A DNA stretch of 44,211 bases, taken from the IMG/VR virus record IMGVR_UViG_3300032030_000149. One strand, 5' to 3'. This document shows positions 1-6,179 of this stretch, in pieces (position 1 is the stretch's first letter; each line of letters begins with the position of its first letter). This DNA is from a virus. The notes under the pieces are model-generated. The model was not told the DNA's origin. It searched no databases and saw only the letters and a list, made by a program, of their open reading frames with translations. The position numbers and the translations under genes are program-made.

Positions 1-127
1 GGAAATGATAAATACATCATCCGAAACGCAAAGCGCTCTAAAAAACGAAATTTCGGAAAAATTACCGATCGAGAATGAGCCAACGCCGGAACAATTAGCG
101 GAAGTCGCAAAACAGGCAGAGAAGGAA
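1..127. repeat. Terminal direct repeat, copy 1 (identical to 44085..44211)
   Basis: Read by eye: ggaaatgataaatacatcatccgaaacgc...aaacaggcagagaaggaa occurs base-for-base at both ends of the window (127 nt). Confidence 0.95.
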
Positions 128-157
128 GATTTGTTGAACTCTGAAATCGAATTGTAA
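1..157 (+). CDS. 3' end of the PD-(D/E)XK exonuclease gene that opens at 43009 (partial here; codons start at nt 2; stop TAA 155-157)
   Basis: The frame open at the end of the window (…SEMINTSSETQSALKNEISEKLPIENEPTPEQLAEVAKQAEKE) continues through the repeat as …DLLNSEIEL*. The next gene starts 3 nt later at 160. Confidence 0.8.
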   Translation, partial: EMINTSSETQSALKNEISEKLPIENEPTPEQLAEVAKQAEKEDLLNSEIEL

Positions 158-159
158 TT

Positions 160-513
160 ATGACGGTAAAAGATTTAACGATTGGTTCCCCGCTTTACCG
201 GGTACAATTGGATTCAATAGATGTGGCCCGTGTGCGTCTTATTGAACAATTCACAGACGGGACACGTTCGGTTGAATTAAACACAACTTGGAGAGAGCGT
301 TGTAATGCCAAAGAGGATGCAACCGAAATTCCAAATAGCAGTTCGACATATTTTTGGTATGTTAACATTGAGGACGCTGAATTGGCCCAACTTATGCAAC
401 GTTCAGAATGCGTCGAAAAATTGAAAAAAGAAATGGAAAATGCACAAAATAGATTTGCCGATGCGATCAAACGTTATGCGTTTTCCGAACCATCAACACC
501 AAAAGAAATCTAA
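160..513 (+). CDS. Hypothetical protein (117 aa)
   Basis: ORF track. The ATG lies 2 nt after the upstream stop, and the next gene starts 2 nt after its own stop. No motif recognised. Confidence 0.7.
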   Translation: MTVKDLTIGSPLYRVQLDSIDVARVRLIEQFTDGTRSVELNTTWRERCNAKEDATEIPNSSSTYFWYVNIEDAELAQLMQRSECVEKLKKEMENAQNRFADAIKRYAFSEPSTPKEI

Positions 514-515
514 TC

Positions 516-1253
516 ATGAACGGAAGAATATACAGGCCAGAACAGGGCGGTGCGATGCTTGAATTGCCGGAAATAGGCCGTTTGCACATCGGTAGAAAAC
601 AGACAGGTCAAAATGGCAAGGAATACCCGGTATCGGTTGACTACTTTATTCCAGCCGGGAAATATGCCGGATTGTTCCAACAGGCGTATGGAGATAAGCC
701 GCAAACAATTACGATTGTTTTCCCGGATGATGATCCGGCCAACGTATGCAATGAACGGTACGAATACCGCGACGATAAGGGTGCTTTGGTTGCCCGTGGC
801 GATGGACGGACGTTTGAGATTTGGGACGGAAAGAAGTATGCCCCGTATTCAGTTGACCAATATCCGGACATCATGGACCAGATAACAAAACGCAATCCGA
901 CGAAACGTGGTGCCGACAATTGGGACGTGTCGTTGACGCTGCGTTTTATCATCCCGGCCGTTCGCGGTGTCGTTGGTGTGTGGCAGTTCTCGACAAAGGG
1001 CGCGGCATCGTCGATCAAAAACATTCGAAACTCTTTTGATGGCGTGCAGATCTTACGCGGTACTGTGTGCCAAACGCCGTTTGATTTGTCGGTTCAGTTC
1101 GCAAAGAGCAATAAACCAGGTGTCAATTCACGTTATCCTGTCGTTTCCCTTGTTGCGAACGACACGCGTATTGACGAGATCCGCAAGGCGATTGCTCCGA
1201 CACAAAGTATTTCGTTATTGTTACCTAATGAATCGAAAAACACTGAAAAATGA
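516..1253 (+). CDS. Early protein, possibly phiC31 gp3-like ('RDF-like') family (245 aa)
   Basis: The pattern IGRLHIGRK-x9-GKEYPVSVDYF … YGDKPQTITIVFPDDD … ARGDGRTF and the ~245 aa length match my memory of the phiC31 gp3-like family. This is not verified by any search. Confidence 0.5.
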   Translation: MNGRIYRPEQGGAMLELPEIGRLHIGRKQTGQNGKEYPVSVDYFIPAGKYAGLFQQAYGDKPQTITIVFPDDDPANVCNERYEYRDDKGALVARGDGRTFEIWDGKKYAPYSVDQYPDIMDQITKRNPTKRGADNWDVSLTLRFIIPAVRGVVGVWQFSTKGAASSIKNIRNSFDGVQILRGTVCQTPFDLSVQFAKSNKPGVNSRYPVVSLVANDTRIDEIRKAIAPTQSISLLLPNESKNTEK

Positions 1254-1254
1254 A
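1188..1254. repeat. Direct repeat A (3' end of gene 516..1253 plus the ATGA junction); partner at 3082..3147
   Basis: Hand alignment gives 67 vs 66 nt with 4 substitutions and 1 single-nt indel. Confidence 0.9.
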
Positions 1255-1678
1255 AGCAAACGAATTGATGATAGGCGATTACGTTAGTACGCCCAAGGGT
1301 ATTTTCAGAGTGACTGCCATTCAAGACAACGATGTAATCTTTACTGATTATGCAGACGACATAAGTGGAGCATGTGACATTGAAGATATACAACCAATCA
1401 TAATCAACGAGGAAATTCTTTTGAGGTTTGGTGTCGGGTTTTGCACTTCCAAAAGTAACCCAATGCACGGTTGGTTGACTGATAGTATGCCTGATGGCAA
1501 ACTGTTTCGGGCTGAATACAACAAAGCAACAGCGCAATCAGGCAAGGTGTTAGGCGTGCAGATCCTTGGAAATTGTGGCTATGTTAAAAAAACATTCAAT
1601 TTGCCTTTGCCAAAGTATGTTCATGAACTTCAACACGCATTGAAACTATGCGGAATAGAAATAGAAATAAACTTTTAG
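1250..1678 (+). CDS. Hypothetical protein, paralogue 1 of the MKANELMIGD…YVHELQHALKLCGIE family (142 aa)
   Basis: ATGA overlap with the upstream stop. It shares its first 10 aa and a 16-aa C-terminal block with ORF 2012..2410. Confidence 0.8.
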   Translation: MKANELMIGDYVSTPKGIFRVTAIQDNDVIFTDYADDISGACDIEDIQPIIINEEILLRFGVGFCTSKSNPMHGWLTDSMPDGKLFRAEYNKATAQSGKVLGVQILGNCGYVKKTFNLPLPKYVHELQHALKLCGIEIEINF

Positions 1679-1682
1679 TATC

Positions 1683-1860
1683 ATGGAAAACAAAAGAAAG
1701 TGTATCAAAGGCTTCGACAGTGAACTCAAATGCAGAGACTTCCAGTACGAAGTCGGATCCTCTCATTGGCATCCGCGCCGCAATTGTTGACGGTGTGACA
1801 ATCAAGGCTGACACGTGGTACACGGTTCGCAATGGAGAATTTGTAGAAGTAACAGAATAA
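1683..1860 (+). pseudogene. Possible frameshifted/decayed small gene (35-aa ORF from ATG 1683 in one frame, plus the C-terminal part of ORF 1648..1860 in another)
   Basis: ATG 1683 gives MENKRKCIKGFDSELKCRDFQYEVG…, which stops at 1790. The overlapping frame ends …IVDGVTIKADTWYTVRNGEFVEVTE. Both resemble the two ends of a phage family I recall (…KGFxxDLxCRGFQYEVG… / …DTWYTLKDGEFVEV). Confidence 0.3.
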
Positions 1861-1883
1861 GTAAACGAATAGGAGCATAAGCA

Positions 1884-2015
1884 ATGAGTCGAGAAATTAT
1901 AGACGAAGTGGTTGGTCTGTCAAGGAATGGCTATGCCATTGAAGAGATTGCCGAGGAACTACACCTCGAAGAAACCGAAGTTGCCGACATCTTGGAAGAG
2001 GAGGGCGAGTTATGA
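1884..2015 (+). CDS. Small acidic protein, possible HTH (43 aa; below the ORF-track cutoff)
   Basis: Translated by hand: MSREIIDEVVGLSRNGYAIEEIAEELHLEETEVADILEEEGEL*. AGGAG lies 8 nt upstream, and its stop overlaps the next ATG (ATGA). Confidence 0.5.
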   Translation: MSREIIDEVVGLSRNGYAIEEIAEELHLEETEVADILEEEGEL

Positions 2016-2410
2016 AAGCAAACGAACTGATGATTGGAGATTGGGTAATGTTTCCAAACTCCATTGAAAAGGTACAAGAAGTAGCTTATATAGAGGGTAA
2101 AGGATATTGTGCAAGTTTTGCGGCAAGCGCAACTTTATTCCCAATACCTATAGACAAACTTAAACCGATCCCTCTCACTACAGAAATCCTTGAAAAGAGC
2201 GGATTAGAACACAACAAAGGAGAAATGTATTATCATGGAAAATTGATGTATCATCATGAATCTAAATACGTTTCTATATGTTATGGAGCAAATAATTATT
2301 GGCATCTACATATCAATAATGGTTGCGATTTTTCAAAGGCTATCAAGTACGTCCACGAACTTCAACACGCATTAAAACTTTGTGGAATTGAAAAAACCAT
2401 TAAATTATGA
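2012..2410 (+). CDS. Hypothetical protein, paralogue 2 of the MKANELMIGD…YVHELQHALKLCGIE family (132 aa)
   Basis: Its termini are shared with 1250..1678, and it has ATGA overlaps at both ends. Confidence 0.8.
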   Translation: MKANELMIGDWVMFPNSIEKVQEVAYIEGKGYCASFAASATLFPIPIDKLKPIPLTTEILEKSGLEHNKGEMYYHGKLMYHHESKYVSICYGANNYWHLHINNGCDFSKAIKYVHELQHALKLCGIEKTIKL

Positions 2411-2847
2411 GTAATAAATTAGGATGGACTTCCAAGAAACAGGCAAAGAAACTTGTTGATGCGGGATTAGACGTTAATACAGCCGATATGGCATATCGGA
2501 GGTTTAGAGTTGGAAGTGATTTCGAATGGTCACCAGAGTGTGTGCCGTACAAAAATTATCTAAAGCAAGATGATGATGGCTGTTCTTTCCCGGTTAATTT
2601 GGTAAAACCATGTTGGAGTCTCGGAGCATTGATCAATTTAATGCCTAATTTCACTATGGATTCAACTGGATGGTGTTTGTTTTCTATTGACTCGGATCCA
2701 TATAGTGATTATTACCACGAAATTAAATGTGACGAGAACGGTGAAGATGACGGAACATCAAGCATCATGGATAATGTCGTTGAAATGGTATTATTTATGA
2801 AAAGAAATGGCATTCACATGAATGCAATCGATGAAAAAATTTTATGA
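2407..2847 (+). CDS. Hypothetical protein (146 aa)
   Basis: ORF track, with an ATGA overlap with the upstream gene. No catalytic motif recognised. Confidence 0.7.
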   Translation: MSNKLGWTSKKQAKKLVDAGLDVNTADMAYRRFRVGSDFEWSPECVPYKNYLKQDDDGCSFPVNLVKPCWSLGALINLMPNFTMDSTGWCLFSIDSDPYSDYYHEIKCDENGEDDGTSSIMDNVVEMVLFMKRNGIHMNAIDEKIL

Positions 2848-2854
2848 GGAATAT

Positions 2855-2884
2855 TTTGGATGTGAACTTTAAATATTATCTTTG
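2855..2884 (+). promoter_or_regulatory. Bacteroides-type promoter candidate (TTTG 2855-2858; TATCTTTG 2877-2884)
   Basis: Matches -33 TTTG / -7 TAnnTTTG with an 18-nt spacer, in the non-coding gap after 2847. Confidence 0.45.
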
Positions 2885-2900
2885 CAAGCAAATATCGGTT

Positions 2901-2958
2901 GCTGCCACGACCGAATGAAAATTTAAAGTGCCCTGTAAAGTACAAAAATCGTGGCAGC
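2901..2958 (+). other. 10-bp perfect inverted repeat (gctgccacga / tcgtggcagc) with a 38-nt loop, followed by TTTT
   Basis: Read by eye. It lies between the promoter candidate and the HNH remnant. Confidence 0.6.
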
Positions 2959-2989
2959 GATTTTCTGGAAATATGGGGCCTTGTTTTTT

Positions 2990-3139
2990 ATGAACTATCG
3001 AAAATTATACGAAAATCATTATGGCATTAAAATTCCACCGGATTTTGATATACACCATATCGACGGGACAGAGGAAACAATGCGATTGCTCCGACACAAA
3101 GTCTTTCTTTATTGTTGCCTAATGAATCAAAAACATTGA
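2990..3139 (+). pseudogene. Truncated HNH endonuclease remnant
   Basis: MNYRKLYENHYGIKIPPDFDIHHIDG… is a typical N-terminus of small phage HNH endonucleases. The HNH-like sequence ends at HHIDG, and the reading frame then runs into repeat B (3082..) in a different frame from gene 516. Confidence 0.55.
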
Positions 3140-3147
3140 AAAATGAA
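3082..3147. repeat. Direct repeat B (copy of the 3' end of gene 516..1253 plus the ATGA junction)
   Basis: See repeat A. In the gene-516 frame it reads AIAPTQSLSLLLPNESK…, against AIAPTQSISLLLPNESK… in copy A. Confidence 0.9.
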
Positions 3148-3292
3148 GAATAAGACAGAAAGCAAGCACAAGGGCATGATGGTTAAGGACGTGCCGGAGA
3201 GCTACCGTAGATGGCTCCTCGACAACTTCGACTGGAAAGACACCAACGACCGCCTGCGCAAGGCACTACTCGTATCACTTGGGAGGGCATGA
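3143..3292 (+). CDS. Small protein, DUF3820-like (49 aa; below the ORF-track cutoff)
   Basis: Hand translation: MKNKTESKHKGMMVKDVPESYRRWLLDNFDWKDTNDRLRKALLVSLGRA*. The HKG…VPxSYxRWLL pattern recalls DUF3820. Its stop overlaps the next ATG (ATGA at 3289). Confidence 0.5.
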   Translation: MKNKTESKHKGMMVKDVPESYRRWLLDNFDWKDTNDRLRKALLVSLGRA

Positions 3293-3774
3293 CGATGAGC
3301 GGAGACAAACCCATACTGGATGCCTGCTGCGGAAGCCGAATGTTCTGGTTTGACAAAGACAACCCGCTCGTGGAGTTCATGGACATCCGAGACGAAGAAG
3401 TCTTTTTGACGGACGGGCAATTGGTGATGGTGCATCCAAACACCATCGGCGACTTCACAGCCATGCCATACCCGGACAACCACTTCAAAATGGTGGTTTT
3501 CGACCCACCGCACATGGTGTGGGCAGGAGACCAATCAAACATCCGAAAGAAATACGGAGTGCTTGACAAAGACTGGAAGACAGAGCTGGCCATGGGCTTC
3601 AAGGAATGCTTCCGAGTGCTGGAACCCTACGGAACGCTCATCTTCAAGTGGAACGAGACACAGCTGAAGTTGAAGACCGTCCTCGCGCTCACAGACGAAA
3701 AACCCCTCTTCGGCCACCGAGGAGGAAGCAGGACAATATGGGTTGCTTTTATGAAGATACCAAAAACACAATGA
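3289..3774 (+). CDS. SAM-dependent DNA methyltransferase (amino-MTase type, N6-A or N4-C), 161 aa
   Basis: Motif I-like ILDACCGSRMFWFDK and motif IV VVFDPPH. I chose the start at MTMSGDK because of the ATGA junction; the longer track ORF (3211) overlaps the upstream small gene. Confidence 0.65.
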   Translation: MTMSGDKPILDACCGSRMFWFDKDNPLVEFMDIRDEEVFLTDGQLVMVHPNTIGDFTAMPYPDNHFKMVVFDPPHMVWAGDQSNIRKKYGVLDKDWKTELAMGFKECFRVLEPYGTLIFKWNETQLKLKTVLALTDEKPLFGHRGGSRTIWVAFMKIPKTQ

Positions 3775-4529
3775 CAATGGAAATCACAGGAAAGGTACAC
3801 TGCTTCTTCGAGCAAAGCGGGACATTCAAGAACGAGTTCATCAAGCTCGGCATCCCGGCAGAGGACTACGACATCCAGAACAACTTCGGACAGACTGACC
3901 ACACCGATGACCTCTTCAAAGCGATTGAGGATGCTTACGATGGTAAGCCGAGCCTGTTCGATAACATCACACAGGACGATTTCATCATTGCTTTCTTCCC
4001 GTGCATCTACTTTTGCGCACCATCGCAAATAAACTTCACTTGGGGCTGTATCAACTACCGATGTATGACCGTCAAGCAGAAGACCGACGCAATCTTGGAA
4101 CGCGATAAGAGACGTTCCTACTTCTACGGATCCGCTATCAAGATGTTTGCTATTGCTCAAGAGCGAGGTTTGCGGCTTGTCATGGAGAACCCATGGAGTG
4201 AGAACACATACCTTAAGGCGAACTTCATAATGCCGCCCGCGCTCATCGACAACAACCGCATGTTGCGTGGCGACTATCGTGTAAAGCCTACCGCCTATTG
4301 GTTCGTCAACTGCAAGCCGACAAACGGATGCTCAATTCAGTTCGATAAACTGAAAGAGAAGAAAACGCACATGACGAGCAGGGGTTCCAGTGTGGAGGGT
4401 GTATGCTCCGAAGATCGTAGCATGATTTCGCCCGACTACGCCCGAAATTTTATTTGTGACTTTATACTTGGGAAAGAGCAAACAAACTCACAATTAACAC
4501 TATTTCAATATGGAAACACGAACGTTTAA
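3771..4529 (+). CDS. Divergent C5-cytosine DNA methyltransferase-like protein (252 aa)
   Basis: FFEQSGTFKNEF (motif I-like), AFFPCIYFC (PC motif) and LVMENPWS (ENV-like). The start MTMEITGK overlaps the upstream stop (ATGA). Confidence 0.5.
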   Translation: MTMEITGKVHCFFEQSGTFKNEFIKLGIPAEDYDIQNNFGQTDHTDDLFKAIEDAYDGKPSLFDNITQDDFIIAFFPCIYFCAPSQINFTWGCINYRCMTVKQKTDAILERDKRRSYFYGSAIKMFAIAQERGLRLVMENPWSENTYLKANFIMPPALIDNNRMLRGDYRVKPTAYWFVNCKPTNGCSIQFDKLKEKKTHMTSRGSSVEGVCSEDRSMISPDYARNFICDFILGKEQTNSQLTLFQYGNTNV

Positions 4530-5289
4530 AATAGATAATTACATCACAGTACCAGGTTTCGCGATTGTTGAATTGGGATTGTCAGGTAATGAATTGTTGT
4601 GCTATTCGCTCATCTACGGATTCACACAAGACAAAGAAACAGAATTTAGGGGTTCATTGAATTACGTTGCATCGGCATTGAACGTCACGAAACAGAACGC
4701 GAAGAAAATCATTGACAGATTGATCGAGCGTGGTTTGGTCGATAAGAGGGAAATGTATTTTTCCGGTGTTAAATTCTGTCATTATGTCGCAAACAGACAC
4801 GGCGTTGCTGAAACAGCAACGGGGCGGTATCAAAACAATAACGGGGGCGTTGCTGAAACAGCAACAGGGGGTGTTATTGAATCAGCACCCAATATTGATA
4901 ATAAAGATAATATACTTGATATTAATACAGATAATTCCGCCAACGGCGGTTTGTTTTCGGATTCCGATTTTGAAACCGTAACAATTACAAGGCCGCGACG
5001 GACATCTGAACAGGCCGCGTGTCTTTTTGAGAACTCGCGTTTTGTCGATTTTGAAAAGTTTGCAGCCGAATTCAAAGGACCCGAATTCAAAAATGTTGAT
5101 ATTGTCTATTACTACCATGCCGTTGCTGATTGGTCGGCACAAAAAGGCAAAAAAATGAAAGATTGGATCGCAACGGCGCGAAACTTCATTCGTGGCGACA
5201 TGGAAAAAAAGAAACTTCACACGATCGGGAATTCCGGCGGTGCGTTGTCCCCGGATGCAATAGAATATTTACGTTCAATGGCTGATTGA
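4510..5289 (+). CDS. Winged-HTH replication initiator / replisome-organiser-like protein (259 aa)
   Basis: N-terminal pattern LSGNELLCYSLIYGFTQ…GSLNYVASALNVTKQNAKKIIDRLIERGLV, then a low-complexity linker with tandem GVAETATG, then a C-terminal domain. This is the same architecture as lambda O-type initiators. Confidence 0.55.
   Translation: METRTFKIDNYITVPGFAIVELGLSGNELLCYSLIYGFTQDKETEFRGSLNYVASALNVTKQNAKKIIDRLIERGLVDKREMYFSGVKFCHYVANRHGVAETATGRYQNNNGGVAETATGGVIESAPNIDNKDNILDINTDNSANGGLFSDSDFETVTITRPRRTSEQAACLFENSRFVDFEKFAAEFKGPEFKNVDIVYYYHAVADWSAQKGKKMKDWIATARNFIRGDMEKKKLHTIGNSGGALSPDAIEYLRSMAD
4801..4870. repeat. Two copies of ggcgttgctgaaacagcaac (4801-4820 and 4846-4865), 45-nt period; candidate iterons
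   Basis: Exact 20-mer seen twice. It is followed at 4891-4937 by an AT-rich stretch with four GATAWT boxes. Confidence 0.85.
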
Positions 5290-5291
5290 TT

Positions 5292-6179
5292 ATGGAAACA
5301 GGTGTATCAATTTACAAACCAAAATCGGCGGTTGTTGTCCGCCGGGAAATGGCTAACGTTCCAGCAGTGATGAACGCCTTGGGACCCGTTGACCGTTCCG
5401 TGTTCCTTGCTTCCACAGCCAAAACCATTGCAGAATATGACAACGTTGAACTGGCAAAGGATCTTGCGAAGGCGTTAAAGTTCATTGCGAAGGATGTTGG
5501 TGTCAGATCAACCGACGAATCCGATCAAGGGTACATGGTTGTAAGGTTGTGCGAAATCCTAAAACGTTATTACTATTGGCTGACGTTGCGTGATTTCCGG
5601 ATGGCGTTCGAGATGTCGATTACCGGAGAATTGGATGATTACTTGCCAAAAGGACGCGACGGTCAACCAGACCGTGGCCATTACCAACAGTTCAATGCGG
5701 AATATGTTTGCAAAATCTTGAACGCATACAGGTTGCGCCGTGACGAGGTGTTGAAAAAGGCTTACAACGCGATGCCGGAGCCGGAACAAAAAGTCGATAA
5801 GAAAGAGGAAATCAAGTGGCGCAACATAACCAAGCGCGAATGTATTGATGCATTCGAATTTTTCAAGGAAAACAAAAAGATGCCAGACATCAGTACAATT
5901 TCTGAAATGTTGTTTTACAACCTATTAGCATCCGTTGGATTGGCTCCGGAAATCGTTGTTACAATGGTTGAGCAAAAGGCAGCCTTTGACAAGACCATTA
6001 AAGATTTTGCCGAACTCGGAAAGTTCTGGGATGTCAAGAGGCTGAAAAACGACGGACCAGAATCGCCGGAATTACAGGGTGGTGCGTTTATGATGGCACG
6101 TCGCAAGGCGTTGGAAGATGCTTTTGAAAAGATGGTTTCAAATGGAATCGTTATAACTGACTACATTAAGTTTGAGTGA
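5292..6179 (+). CDS. Hypothetical protein, possible replication accessory (295 aa)
   Basis: ORF track. The ATG at 5292 lies 2 nt after the upstream stop; the track start at 5286 is TTG. Its position is directly after the initiator. Confidence 0.65.
   Translation: METGVSIYKPKSAVVVRREMANVPAVMNALGPVDRSVFLASTAKTIAEYDNVELAKDLAKALKFIAKDVGVRSTDESDQGYMVVRLCEILKRYYYWLTLRDFRMAFEMSITGELDDYLPKGRDGQPDRGHYQQFNAEYVCKILNAYRLRRDEVLKKAYNAMPEPEQKVDKKEEIKWRNITKRECIDAFEFFKENKKMPDISTISEMLFYNLLASVGLAPEIVVTMVEQKAAFDKTIKDFAELGKFWDVKRLKNDGPESPELQGGAFMMARRKALEDAFEKMVSNGIVITDYIKFE

Noticed and set aside
3211-3288. N-terminal extensions offered by the ORF track (3211, 3606, 8034, 11996, 12160, 12677, 13457, 24779, 26805, 34464, 41306)
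   Set aside because: Each extension overlaps the preceding gene substantially, while an internal ATG sits exactly at or just after the upstream stop (ATGA/TGATG junctions). The extended peptides look like out-of-frame translations of the upstream gene.
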